Assembly: GCA_038087875.1 (NCBI GenBank)
Contig: JAXLNO010000363.1
Coordinates: 62,001-126,000, forward strand
Length of the DNA stretch: 64,000 nt
Reading direction: 5' to 3'
Origin: Malacoraja senta
Taxonomy: Eukaryota
Shown here: in pieces, positions 45,717-59,149 of the stretch
Numbering within the stretch: the stretch's first letter is position 1
How the letters are laid out: the number at the start of each line of letters is the position of its first letter
Program-made: the position numbers and the translations under genes
Notes under the pieces: model-generated
What the model was told of the DNA's origin: nothing
The model's database searches: none
Seen by the model: only the letters and a program-made list of their open reading frames with translations

Positions 45717-46936
45717 ACACACACACACCCTGAGCCTAGTGACCAGGGACTTTGATATGCCCCTTGAACTCCAGGGCCGAACCAGTCTGTCTGTCCACAG
45801 AGCTTTTCCAATTTGACCAAATCTCACAGCAAAACCCGTTTTGAAGTCCAATAGCCATTAAGCCCATACATAACATGCATTTCCTAACCCAACGATACAA
45901 CAATTCAATTCATCGTATTCACAGCCGACTCGAAGGGGAAGTCCACTTGGAAACATTGACCCTGATGAACAGAAGCCACACACAAGCTCAACCGCCCATC
46001 CAATTAACACTTAGCAGAGTCACACTCTGCAACATTACTTTCAACCTATTTACAAGGTGAATGTCCAGGTTTTTGCAACACATCCAATCCACTCTATGCA
46101 TTTGACAGTATTTGCAAGGCTTCCCATTCTCTGCATGCAAATTGCATCTAAGTTCCAGATTCCCAGGCATCTCTTGGAGTCTGTCTGTCTGTCTGTCTCT
46201 CTGTCCCAGAGAGCTTTTCCCATTTGACCAAATCTCACAGCAAACCCCGTTTTGAAGTCCAAACACTCTTCTCCTCCTCCTCCTCCTCCTCAGACGGACA
46301 AAGGTTGTGCAGGTGGACTGAAGGTGTGGTGAGTGAGAGAGAGAGTAGAGAGAGGGTAGAGAGAGGCTACAGTGGTAGCCGGGGAGGTGAAATATCCCAA
46401 TATCTATCCAAAAAGATATCTATTATATTATTGTAATATATATTAATCAAAGATTGATTGATTGATTGATCGATAGATAGATAGATAGAGATGGAGAAAT
46501 ACTGCTCAAAACAGGAGAGAGAGTGTGTGTGTGTGTGTGTGAGAGAGAGGGAGGGAGGGAGGGAGAAAGGGGAGAGAATTGAGATTTGAACATTGTTCAG
46601 CTTTTTCTCCACACATCACGCAGCAAAGTCTCTCTGACCTGGATCCTAGAGAGAGAGAGAGAGAGAGAGAGACAGAGGGGGGCAATGAAGGGGGTAAAAC
46701 ATACTGTGCTGAGTTGAGCAAAGTTTAATACTTACAGGGGATGAAAGTACAAATTGGCAGAGGGAGGGAGAGAGAGAGAGAAAGCATTTTGGCCTTTTTT
46801 CCTCACTTTTTGGTGACAAATCTTCCACTTTTCAATTGTCTACAGATCTCAAGAATACGATCCCGGATCTCGCAGGCAGACAGGCAATGAACGGAGAATT
46901 CCGGTGTGGTGAGTGAAAACACACAGTCACACACAC

Positions 46937-46991
<55 letters not shown>

Positions 46992-47016
46992 CCTAAACAG
47001 GGTGGGGAATGTGTGC

Positions 47017-47057
<41 letters not shown>

Positions 47058-47066
47058 CAGGCTCCC

Positions 47067-47133
<67 letters not shown>

Positions 47134-47749
47134 ACACACACACACACCCTGAGCCTAGTGACCAGGGACTTTGATATGCCCCTTGAACTCCAGGGCCGAA
47201 CCAGTCTGTCTGTCCCACAGAGCTTTTGCAATTTGACCAAATCTCACAGCAAAACCCGTTTTGAAGTCGAATAGCCATTAACCCCACACATAACATGCAT
47301 TTCCCTGACCCAACGATACAACAATTCAATTTCATCGTATTCACAACCGACTCGAAGGGGAAGTCGATTTGGAAACATTTACCCTGATGAACAGAGCCCA
47401 CACACGAGGCTCAACCGCCCCATCCAATTAACACTTAGCAGAGTCACACTCTGCAACATTACTTTCAACCTATTTACAAGGTGAATGTCCAGGTTTTTGC
47501 ACAAATCCAATCCACTCTATGCATTTGACAGTATTTGCAAGGCTTCCCATTCTCTGCATGCAAATTGCATCTAAGTTCCAGATTCCCAGGCATCTCTCGG
47601 AGTCTGTCTGTCTGTCTGTCTGTCCCAGAGAGCTTTTCCCATTTGACCAAATCTCACAGCAAACCCCGTTTTGAAGTCCAAACACTCTTCTCCTCCTCCT
47701 CCTCCTCCTCAGACGGACAAATGTTGTGCAGGTGGACTGAAGGTGTGGT

Positions 47750-47796
<47 letters not shown>

Positions 47797-48445
47797 TAGA
47801 GAGAGGGTAGAGAGAGGCTACAGTGGTAGCCGTGGAGGTGAAATATCCCAATATCTATCCAAAAAGATATCTATTATATTATTGTAATATATATTAATCA
47901 AAGATTGATTGATTGATTGATCGATAGATAGATAGATAGAGATGGAGAAATACTGCTCAAAACAGGAGAGAGTGTGTGTGTGTGTGTGTGTGAGAGAGAG
48001 GGAGGGAGGGAGGGAGAAAGGGGAGAGAATTGAGATTTGAACATTGTTCAGCTTTTCTCCACACATCACGCAGCAAAGTCTCTCTGACCTGGATCCTAGA
48101 GAGAGAGAGAGAGAGAGAGAGGGGGGCAATGAAGGGTGTAAAACATACTGTGCTGAGTTGAGCAAAGTTTAATACTTACAGGGGATGAAAGTACAAATTG
48201 GCAGAGGGAGGGAGAGAGAGAGAGAGAGAGAGAGAAAGCATTTTGGCCTTTTTTCCTCACTTTTTGGTGACAAATATTCCACTTTTTAATTGTCTACAGA
48301 TCTCAAGAATATGATCCCGGATCTCGCTGGCAGACAGGCAATGAACGGAGAATTCGGTGTGGTGAGTGAAAACACACAGTCACACACACACACGCACACA
48401 CAGTCACACACACACACAGTCCTAAACAGGGTGGGGAATGTGTGC

Positions 48446-48488
<43 letters not shown>

Positions 48489-48497
48489 CAGGCTCCC

Positions 48498-48544
<47 letters not shown>

Positions 48545-49460
48545 ACACACACACACACCCTGAGCCTAGTGACCAGGGACTTTGATATGCCCCTTGAACT
48601 CCAGGGCCGAACCAGTCTGTCTGTCCCACAGAGCTTTTCCAATTTGACCAAATCTCACAGCAAAACCCGTTTTGAAGTCCAATAGCCATTAAGCCCATAC
48701 ATACCATGCATTTCCCTCACCCAACGATACAACAATTCAATTTCATCGTATTCACAGCCGACTCGAAGGGGAAGTCCACTTGGAAACATTTACCCTGATG
48801 AACAGAGCCCACACACGAGGCTCAACCGCCCCATCCAATTAACACTTAGCAGAGTCACACTCTGCAACATTACTTTCAACCTATTTACAAGGTGAATGTC
48901 CAGGTTTTTGCACACATCCAATCCACTCTATGCATTTGACAGTATTTGCAAGGCTTCCCATTCTCTGCATGCAAATTGCATCTAAGTTCCAGATTCCCAG
49001 GCATCTCTCGGAGTCTGTCTGTCTGTCTGTCCCAGAGAGCTTTTCCCATTTGACCAAATCTCACAGCAAACCCCGTTTTGAAGTCCAAACACTCTTCTCC
49101 TCCTCCTCCTCCTCCTCAGACGGACAAAGGTTGTGCAGGTGGACTGAAGGTGTGGTGAGTGAGAGAGAGAGAGAGAGAGAGTAGAGAGAGGGTAGAGAGA
49201 GGCTACAGTGGTAGCCGGGGAGGTGAAATATCCCAATATCTATCCAAAAAGATATCTATTATATTATTGTAATATATATTAATCAAAGATTGATTGATTG
49301 ATTGATCGATAGATAGATAGATAGAGATGGAGAAATACTGCTCAAAACAGGAGAGAGTGTGTATGTGTGTTGTGTGTGTGTATGTGTGTGTGTGTTGTGT
49401 GTGTGTGTGTGTGCGTGTGTGTGTGTGTGCGTGTGTGTGTGTGTGTGCGTGTGTGTGTGT
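32455..49460. repeat. ~1.4-kb macrosatellite, ~12 head-to-tail units, subfamily I
   Basis: Anchor tacagatctcaag near 32821, 34266, 35679, 37078, 38529, 39885, 41244, 42630, 44061, 45472, 46841 and 48295; unique segments alternate with (GA)n, (CT)n, (CA)n, (GT)n, (GTCT)n, (TCC)n and (GATT/GATA)n. Confidence 0.96.
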
Positions 49461-49682
49461 ATAAAGATATATATGTAACGGTAAAACTAACCATATCCCA
49501 TTTTTAACTCCCCTCTCCTCCTCCCCTCCTCCTTTCTCGTTCCCCCTCTTAGTCCAGCTCGGACGGAGGACGGGCCAAAACACCGCTTTAAAAATAACTA
49601 GAGCTCTGATCGGAAAAAATGAATTAAATCTAAAACGATTGAAAGAAGAGAGAGAGAACGAGACGCGAAAAGAAAAAGAGAT

Positions 49683-50054
49683 GCAGCCCACCAGGCCCTG
49701 GGGATTTATCAGCCTTCAGTCCCATCAGTCTACCCAACACCATTTCCTGCCTAATGTGGATTTCCTTCAGTTCCTCCGTTACCCCAGATCCTCTGGCCAC
49801 TACTATATCAGGAAGATTGTTTGTTTCCTCCTTAGTGAAGACGGATCCAAAGTACCTGTTCAACTCATCTGCCATTTCCTTGTTCCCCATAATAAATTCA
49901 CCTGTTTCGGTCTTCAAGGGTCCAACTTTGATCTTAACTCATTTTTGCCTCATCACATACCTAAAGAAGCTTTTACTATCCTGCTTTATATTCTTGGCTA
50001 GGTTACCTTCGTACCTCAACTTTTCTCCCCATATTGTCTTTTTAGTTATCGTCT
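49683..50054 (-). mobile_element. CR1-clade LINE ORF2 internal fragment
   Basis: GNKEMADELNRYFGSVFTKE...KADKSPGP. Confidence 0.88.
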
Positions 50055-50853
50055 GTTGAGAGAGAGAGGGGGAGAGGGAGAGAGAGAGGGAGGGGGAGGG
50101 GGAGGGGGAGGGAGAGGGAGAGGGAGAGAGAGTGGGAGAGGGAGAGAGTGGGAGAGAGAGAGAGAGGGGGAGAGGAGAGAGGGAGAGAGTGGGGGTGAGA
50201 AAGAGAGAGAGAGGGGGATAGAGAGAGGGAGAGAGAGGGAGTGAGGGAGAGAGAGGGAGAGAGAGAGAGAGGGGGAGAGGGAGAGAGAGAGGGAGGGGGA
50301 GAGAGAGGGAGAGAGAGTGGGAGAGGGAGAGAGTGGGAGAGAGAGGGAGAGAGAGAAGGAGAGAGTGGGGGTGAGAAAGAGAGAGAGAGGGGGAGAGGGA
50401 GAGTGGGGGTGAGAAAGAGAGAGAGGCGGAGAGAGAGAGAGAGAGGGGGAGAGGGAGAGAGTGGGGGAGAGAAGGAGAGAGAGAGGGAGATAGAGAGAGG
50501 GAGAGAAGGAGAGCGAAAGGGTGTGAGATAGAGAGGGAGAGAGAGGCGGAGGCGGAGATCTTGGATCTAGAACACAAAGTCCTGGAGATCGTGATCTAGC
50601 TCCAGGTTCCAGAACAGGTCCTCTGACATCACCTGTTGCTAAGGGTAGGTGGGGGACCTCTGATTGGTCGCTGTGTACCCCCATACAGCATCATCTGTTG
50701 CCGGGGGGAAGGGGGCTACTGATTGGCCGAAAGGGAAGCGGACGATCCGATCCGATTGGCTGCCGCACCCCATCGTGACGTCACCTGTTGCCGGGGGGGG
50801 GAGCCCGGAGCGGAGAGACTGCGCCCGCCCGCCCGCCTCTGGGATGGATGCGC

Positions 50854-51761
50854 TCAGGGCGCGGATTGATTCATGAGCCGAAGCACTGAGGTGAGCGGAT
50901 ATTTCACCGCGCTCTTCACCTGCTCCCTGAACTTGGACTGGGTCACCGCGTAAATAAATGTGTTGGTGCAGCAGCTGACATTCCTCAGCAAAAACCCGAC
51001 GTCGTTAAAGATCCCTTGAGAATCATTCATATCAGTTCCAGTTCCTGTGATCTGATAATAGACGAAGTTTACAACCCTCGTCAGACACAGGAGGATGAAG
51101 CTGCCGGAGATGGTGAAGAGTAAAACCATAGACCTCCTCCTGCTCTCCATCTCCGGGTCACTGCGGTTCTCCCCATTGCTCTCACCCCTCAGCCCCTTAC
51201 GGACCCGACTGGCCACTAAAATGTGGCGGACAGTCAGAGCGTTGAGCAGCAGGATTACAGCGAAAGGGAGGAACGGAGTTAAAACCGTGTCGATCCAGTC
51301 AAATGCCACCCACCCGGGGTCAGTGAAATAACTGTCCACATTGGCACAGCCCCACGGGACATTGTCGATGATATACCAGGGTTCCATTGTGAAGTAGCGG
51401 GGAATGTTTTTCACACAGAACAGAACGCCGGTTGTTGCCAGAACCACAGCCGCAGTTTTCCCGGTGCAATATTTAGTTTTCAGCTTCTGGCAACAAATGG
51501 CGACAAAGCGATCAATGGTGAAAGTGACGGTGAACCAGACAGAACAGTCTGTTGCTGCAGACGCCAGTACATGGATAACACTGCACACAGGGTAGATGGT
51601 CAGGAAACTCCAATAAAAGTAATTCCATCGGATCCAACACAAAATGACCTCGATGATGAGGGTCAGTAGATCGGCCGCTGCCATGGCCACCAGGTAACGA
51701 GTGGTGCAGGTGGAGAGGCCGCACTTTCCCCGGGACAGGATCACAATCGCCACTAAATTCA
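50854..51761 (-). CDS. GPR139-like class A (rhodopsin-family) GPCR, exon 2 (rest of TM1 through C-terminus)
   Basis: Stop-free 7TM reading frame with NLVAIVILSRGKCGLS, MAAADL (TM2), FTIDRFVAIC (DRY-like), PFAVILLLN and CTNTFIY (NPxxY-like). Preceded by acceptor tctttccgcAG, phase 1. Confidence 0.93.
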
Positions 51762-52244
51762 CTGCGGAAAGACAAGGGAACGGACACTGGGCATTTACCC
51801 AACACGGTCTCCGGGGCTGAACACCGGCTCGACTTTCAGCTCAAGATCAGGAGTGTTGGAGTCGGTGCGCGGCTGCTGCAAGTTTAACAATGTCAGAGCC
51901 GGCTCCGACTGTGCCCGACCTGCCTGCCTGCTTCAGGGGAGAAGAGATAAGGTGACGGGCGGGTGGGGTAAAGGGCAGGGGAGGGAACGAGTAGCCACCC
52001 ACCCATCTACAATAGGCGCAATGGTCCTTTCTATAGTGAACCCTGCTGCTGCTCACAGTCTGTGATGGGGCCGCTTTCACAGACTTAACCGTGAGCGGCC
52101 GGCCCCGTTTAACCAGGGCTCTGGGAACTCGGCATCTGATGGGGACGAGGAGGGAGACTTCCAGAGGGAAGGCAGGGACAACTTAGAATCCGGCAGCAGC
52201 AGCAGCAGAGTGGCTCCGTTAATGGATTCATTCCACAGTGAGTT

Positions 52245-52465
52245 CAGTAGACAACAGATGCAGGAGGAGGCCATTTGGCCCTTCGAGCCAGCACCGCCAT
52301 TCAATATGATCATGGCTGATCATCCCCAATCAGTACCCCGTTCCTGCCTTCTCCCCATATCCCCTGACTCCGCTATTTTTAAGAGCCCTATCTAGCTCTC
52401 TTTTGAAAGCATCCAGAGAACCTGCCTCCACCGCCCTCTGAGACAGAGAATTCCACACTCACCAC
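52245..52465 (-). mobile_element. CR1-clade LINE 3' end (a second one lies at ~52845-53100)
   Basis: Reverse 3' tail ggccatttggcccttcgagccagcaccgccattca. Confidence 0.8.
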
Positions 52466-52618
52466 TCATCACTCTCAAGCTTCCACTGAGGTTATCCCAA
52501 TGGCTTCTTGATGCAAACTACTTCATCTATTGCATTATCCCCAAACTCTGCCCTTCCAGAACCAGGTTAGCATTCAGCACAGATAAGGGAAATTACTCAG
52601 AAAGGACTTTACACAAGA

Positions 52619-52815
52619 GTAGACAAAAGTGCTGGAGAATCTCAGCGGGTGAGGCAGCATCTGTGGAACGAAGGAAACAGGTAACGTTTCGGGCCGAAAC
52701 CCTTCTTCAGACTGGAAATAGTTACTTATTTCCTTCGCTCCATAGATCCTGTCTCACCCGCTGAGTTTCTCCAGCACTTTTGTCTACTTTCGATTTTCCA
52801 GCATCTGCAGTTCAT
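52619..52815. mobile_element. Penelope-like-element-derived fold-back repeat
   Basis: ~65-bp imperfect inverted arms (gtagacaaaagtgctggagaa.../...ttctccagcacttttgtctac) around a CTGAAGA-GAAACG core. Confidence 0.75.
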
Positions 52816-53278
52816 TCTTAAACAGTTTACACAAGAGTGCAGCTGATAGGAGCAGAATTAGGCCATTCGGCCCATCATGTCTACTCCGCCATTCAATCAT
52901 GGCCGATCTATCTTTCCCTCTCAACCCCATTCTCTTGCCTTCTCCCCGTAACCCCCCGACACCCGCACTAATCAAGAATCTATCACTCTCCGCCTTAAAA
53001 CTATCCATTAGCTTGGCCTGCACCCCCGTCTGCCGCAATGAATTCCACAAATTCACCACCCTCTGTCTAAAGAAATTCCTCCTCATCTCCTTTCTGAAGG
53101 TAAAGGTAAAGCTGGGGGAAGAACGCACTACAATGGCCGCCATATCCAATCATCCCTGATATTCCTCTTTCTCTCCCTCCCCACACAAGGTGCCCTTCAC
53201 ACTTCCCTCCTGAAGCAGAGGCCAATTGTTGCAAATGAGAGTCCACCCCTTCTGGTCCAGACGGTCGACGCAGAAAGC

Positions 53279-53445
53279 GGAGTAACTCAGCGGGACAGGC
53301 AGCATCTCTGGAGAGAAGGAATGGGACTGAAGAAGGGTCTTGATCCGAAACGTCACCCATTCCTTCTCTCCAGAGAAGCTGCCCGTCCCGCTGAGTTACT
53401 CCAGCACTTTGTGTCTATCTACGATTTAAACCAGCATCTGCAGTT
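53279..53445 (+). mobile_element. Penelope-like-element-derived fold-back repeat with a minimal hammerhead motif
   Basis: ~45-bp inverted arms flanking CTGAAGA-agggtcttgatcc-GAAACGTC. Confidence 0.75.
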
Positions 53446-54133
53446 CATTCCCACACACGAAATCCAGACGGTGCCAGGAATGCAAACTATTATCCCCATG
53501 TATGGATGGTGTGGGATATATGTACCAAAGCACGGAGACAGGGGGGGGGGGTAGTTAGTCGGGTTAGTTTAGACATACAGCGGCTAATCTCAGCAGACTC
53601 AAGATGGTGCAGGTGAAGTAACAACACACACACACACACACGCCGGTAGATCCGCGGCCACTGGTTCAGGAGATCGATCCAATTATTGACCAAAATGCTG
53701 TGGGTGGAATCCGACTGTGACAGACAGACTCCACAGTGAGACACAGTGTCCACAGGAGCGGGTGTTCACTCTGATCAATAAATCAGTCACAGTGAACTTC
53801 ACAACGTGAACCCCTCTCTCCCAGTCACACCGTCCCGGAGAGCTGCCTGCCTGCCTGCCTGTCCCGAGCACTGGGACAACACTGAAGGCAAGAACAACAT
53901 TCTAGTGGCTCCCGGCCGGCAGCAGTGAGAGAAAAAGGGGCTTAGTTTCAGCTGTCTGAAAATAAGAAATATATCAGCATTAATTCACAAATATTTCACT
54001 GAGAGGATTGATATTCTTCACATATTCTTGTACAACGATCATCAGTTGGGAACTTGTAACATGATGAGAATCAGGTCAACACCAGTTAACACACGGATGG
54101 AGTTATACAACTTGAATTGTTCTGCTCACTTAC

Positions 54134-54209
54134 CAGGGACACCAATGGCAGCAATGATCACGTACACGATTCTCTGCACGGCTAAATATTCATAACGATG
54201 CTGCCCCAT
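54134..54209 (-). CDS. GPR139-like GPCR, exon 1 (MGQHRYEYLAVQRIVYVIIAAIGVP)
   Basis: ATG at 54209, 76 nt, ends G|GTAAGT. The phase 1 junction joins exon 2 in frame (GVP-V-NLVA), completing TM1. Total 984 nt = 327 aa + stop. Confidence 0.9.
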
Positions 54210-54289
54210 TTTCTGTGCCCAGCGACGTGTCCCCGTGAGCTACCGGTAATGTCTCGGAATGAAATGCTGGGACACAACATTCCTGGGGA

Positions 54290-54296
54290 TTTTATA
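54290..54296 (-). promoter_or_regulatory. TATA box of the GPCR gene
   Basis: TATAAAA on the minus strand ~80 nt upstream of the ATG. Confidence 0.6.
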
Positions 54297-55184
54297 CCAT
54301 TTTCCGTCTCCACCGGGACAGTGAAGTTTCAACAGAGTTTAAAAATAGAGATTTTGAAATGATTCACAAACAGATGACATCAGCCGAGTGAAATCCCTGC
54401 TGAGACAGGTTGTGATTTATTCAGGGAATTGATTGAGAAACTCCAAAGACTGGGAATTGTGGCGATAGATACTGAGGGATGGAAATTGGGAGCGGCGGCA
54501 TTGTTCCAGCAAAGGGGATATTGTTTCAAACTCCATCAGATCCAACTCTCCACCTCATGTTGGTTGTCTGATTTCCTTTAATCCGTTTCACTCAGCAAGG
54601 CAATGCCAAATTCCAGGGACCCTCTCAGGGCTTCTGGTGCCCAGTTTGAAGGTGGACTGGACTGGGCGACCTTTGTCCACAGGTTGAGGAATTAGTTCAA
54701 CACATCACCTCGGACTAAAATGCCCCCCCATCCCTCCACTCTGCTTCACCACTCAATATGATCGCGGCTTGACTGACTGTGACCTCAACCCCACACTCCC
54801 GCTGACTGACCCCGGGAACCATTCACTCCCTGCTTGCCTGGAATAGATCTGACTATACCATGGGACAATAACATTCTCTGCCTTCCTTCATCACCTCTGA
54901 GGGGGAACGACCCAAAGGCTCACGACACTCAGAGAACAGAAACATTGCCGCCTCAGAATTGTCCTAAACCTAAATAAAACGGCGAATGATGCAGCACCTC
55001 TCCCTCCTCTCTTTCTCTCTCCCTCCATCCTCACTGCTGTCACTCTCTCTGAACTGTTACTCTAGTTCCTACGCTCTCTATTCCCCCTCTCTGGGCTGCC
55101 CTCTCTCCGTCCACTGATGGAGTGACACACAGTGGGATAGTACTGATGGAGGGATAACAATGGGGCAGATCTGACGCAGTGACA

Positions 55185-55890
55185 AACTGTGGTGGTACTG
55201 ATGGAGGGGACACACTGTGGTGGTGGTACTGATGGAGGGGACACACTGTGGTGGTGGTACTGATGGAGGGACACACTGGTGGGGGTACTGATGGAGGGAC
55301 ACACTGTGGTGGTGGTACTGATGGAGGGACACACTGTGGTGGTACTGATGGAGGGGACACACTGTGGTGGTGGTACTGATGGGGGATACACTGTGGTGGT
55401 GGTACTGATGGGGGACACACTGTGGTGGTACTGATGGAGGGGGCACACTGTGGTGGTACTGACGCAGTGACACACTGTGGTGGTACTGATGGAGGGACAC
55501 ACTGTGGTGGTGGTACTGATGGAGGGACACACTGTGGTGGTGGTACTGATGGAGGGACACACTGTGGTGGTGGTACTGATGGAGGGACACACTGTGGTGG
55601 TGGTACTGATGGAGGGACACACTGTGGTGGTACTGATGGAGGGACACACTGTGGTGGTGGTACTGATGGAGGGACACACTGTGGTGGTACTGACGGAGGG
55701 GCACACTGTGGTGGTGGTACTGATGGAGGGGCACACTGTGGTGGTGGTACTGATGGAGGGACACACTGTGGTGGTGGTACTGATGGAGGGACACACTGTG
55801 GTGGTACTGATGGAGGGACACACTGTGGTGGTGGTACTGATGGAGGGACACACTGTGGAGTATTACTGATAGCGTGACACACTGTGGAGT
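55185..55890. repeat. 27-31-bp minisatellite (also 62450-63330)
   Basis: ctgatggagggacacactgtggtggtggta repeated. Confidence 0.95.
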
Positions 55891-56867
55891 AGTAATCTGG
55901 GGTAGTACTTATAGTGACAGATTTTCATATCGTTTCGAGGATTCTTTCCTTTATTCACTCTGATTGAAGACACGGGTTCAGGAGTTAATCGAAACGCATT
56001 CACGAGCTCTCCCCGAGACATTCAATGCCGTCGAAAGGGAAATCTTCCAAACACAGTCTCTTGATTAATAGTTTCTTTAGTGTAGTAGCAAAAACAGTAA
56101 GATATTCATCCAAACTTCTTCTTGTATAACTACACTAGACTAAGTGAGACCCGTTGGATCCCAGCTTCACACAGGAGGGCTGGTCCCACAAAACAATTTT
56201 CCACCTCTCCACCAATTGTAATATTGCTGGCCAGTGGGGGGGGTTACTGGAGCACTAACATCAGTTTTGTGTGCCGAATGGATTCTTGGGCTGGCAGCTC
56301 AGAAACTCAGGCCTGGTGGGCTGGCAGCTCAGAAACTCAGGCCTGGTGGGCTGGCAGCTCAGAAACTGCCAGAAATTCTACTGAAAACAGGTGACAGAGT
56401 CTGTGAGAGAGAAGGAGGAGAGGGTGGACAATCAATTTTTTGACATTTTCATCTCTTTTTACAGATCACAGCAATGAAGGAGGAACGTCTATCCTTGCGT
56501 TGATCGCTGTTGCGCTAGTATGGGTGTTGTGGGCTGAAGGGACTGGTTTCCAGAGGGCTAGTATGGACATTGTGGACTGAATGGATTCTTGGACATGCAG
56601 TTCACTAAGTCATGACTGATGGGCTGGCACTTCAGTCAATTACAGCTGGTGTGGTGCCAGTTCACTCAGTTACCCCTCCTTCCTTCACCCCCAACTCTGC
56701 TCCTTGCATTTCCCCTCCCCCCCACGCATTCAGTCCATCTCTCCTCAACCTCCCCCCCAGGCACTCTTAGTGGCTCTCTGACAGCGCACCCATTCCTGCC
56801 TATTACGTACCCGTTGTGATGAGGAACACGCAGACATGTTTAAAATATGAACGAGTCTTAATACAAT

Positions 56868-57852
56868 GCAAGTCCAACCTCACAGCACTCCAAGCACAGT
56901 GCAGGCAGCAAATCCAACCTCACAGCACTCCAAGCACAGTGCAGGCAGCAAGTCCAACCTCACAGCACTCCAAGCACAGTGCAGGCAGCAAGTCCAACCT
57001 CACAGCACTCCAAGCAGAGTGCAGGCAGCAAGTCCAACCTCACAGCACTCCAAGCACAGTGCAGGCAGCAAATCCAACCTCACAGCACTCCAAGCACAGT
57101 GCATGCAGCAAGTCCAACCTCACAGCACTCCAAGCAGAGTGCAGGCAGCAAGTCCAACCTCACAGCACTCCAAGCACAGTGCAGGCAGCAAGTCCAACCT
57201 CACAGCACTCCAAGCACAGTGGAGGCAGCAAGTCCAACCTCACAGCACTCCAAGCACAGTGCAGGCAGCAAGTCCAACCTCACAGCACTCCAAGCACAGT
57301 GGAGGCAGCAAGTCCAACCTCACAGCACTCCAAGCAGAGTGCAGGCAGCAAGTCCAACCTCACAGCACTCCAAGCACAGTGCAGGCAGTAAGTCCAACCT
57401 CACAGCACTCCAAGCAGAGTGGAGGCAGCAAGTCGAACCTCACAGCACTCCAAGCACAGTGCAGGCAACAAGTCCAACCTCACAGCACTCCAAGCACAGT
57501 ACAGGCAGCAAGTCCAACCTCACAGCACTCCAAGCAGAGTGGAGGCAGCAAGTGCAACCTCACAGCACACCAAGCAGAGTGCAGGCAGCAAGTCCAACCT
57601 CACAGCACTCCAAGCAGAGTGCAGGCAGTAAGTCCAACCTCACAGCACTCCAAGCAGAGTGGAGGCAGCATGTCCAACCAGACAGCAAGCAGAGTGGAGG
57701 CAGCATGTCCAACCTCACAGCACTCCAAGCAGAGAGCAGGCAGTAAGTCCAACCTCACAGCACACCAAGCAGAGTGGAGGCAGCAAGTGCAACCTCACAG
57801 CACACCAAGCAGAGTGCAGGCAGCAAGTCCAACCTCACAGCACTCCAAGCAC
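56868..57852. repeat. 40-bp minisatellite
   Basis: gcaggcagcaagtccaacctcacagcactccaagcacagt, ~24 copies. Confidence 0.95.
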
Positions 57853-58059
57853 TCCAACAGAGACACACACATAGAGACAAACACATACAGAAACACACAC
57901 ACAGAGCCCACACACAGAGACAAACACACAGAGACACACACACACACACACAGACACACACAGCGAGGCACACACAGAGAGACACACAGGGACACACACA
58001 CAGGGACACACACACAGGGACACACACACAGGGACACACACAGGAACACACACACACAC

Positions 58060-58097
<38 letters not shown>

Positions 58098-58489
58098 GAG
58101 ACACACACACACACTCACACAAATAAAGACACACAAACACAGACACACACTCACGCACAGCACCAATAATAAAATGCCAAGTAACTTCAGAATGTGGTAA
58201 CTATACTGAATCCTGTTACTAACGGTTCAGGGCGGTGTCTCCACTTGACCCTTCCGCACTGAGCGCCACCTCTGAACTCACCGGAAATGACGCAATCAGC
58301 ACCATCTCTCCACTAAGTCACGGAATGAGCGGCAATTTTGCATTAAACACAGTCCTGATCTAATAAAACGTTTATTCACTGTTTTTCCTTCCAAAAACGG
58401 TTGCACAGCAAGCCACATTTAAAACGCAAGCCACATTAAAACGCAAGCCACATTTATAAAGCAAATCACATTTTAAAATATAGGCACAG

Positions 58490-58735
58490 CTTAGCGGCAC
58501 AGTCAAAGGGCACAGTTTTCAATTAGCGGCACCGTCAAAAGGCACAGTTTTCAATTAGCTGCACCGTCAAAAGGCACAGTTTTCAATTAGCGGCAGCGTC
58601 AAAAGGCACACTTTTCAATTAGCGGCACAGTCAAGAGGCACACTTTTCAATTAGCGACACCGTCAAAAGGCACTCTTCAATTAGCGGCACAGTCAAAAGG
58701 CACACTTTTAAATTAGAGGCACAGTCAAAAGGCAC
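58490..58735. repeat. ~32-bp minisatellite
   Basis: ttttcaattagcggcaccgtcaaaaggcacag repeated. Confidence 0.9.
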
Positions 58736-59149
58736 GTAAAAACATTTATTCCTTCCAAACACAGTTCCAAATAAACCACATAAAAGCACATAAAACCACA
58801 CTCACCGTTTAGGGGACATGTGTTCAGTGATCAGTTTATTCACTGCTCAGACTGAGAGTCGTGAACTCTCCCTCCCCCATCTTGCAGCGACTGCGGCAAT
58901 TCCACACTTCCGGGTTTATAGTCCCTCCCCCTCCCACCGGATGGGGCGTGTCCTCCATGGCATGATTGACAGGAGAGAGAATTTCAACATTATTTAAACA
59001 TTAATAAGTCTTATATTTTCCATCTATGGCCCTGACAGCTGGAGGGGGACTGAGTAATATGGCCAAAAATCGAAGCCGTGAGTGGAAGTCATTTTTCTAA
59101 AACCAATATACAGTGCAAACAGGAAGTGGTCAAGATTTGACTTTGAATC

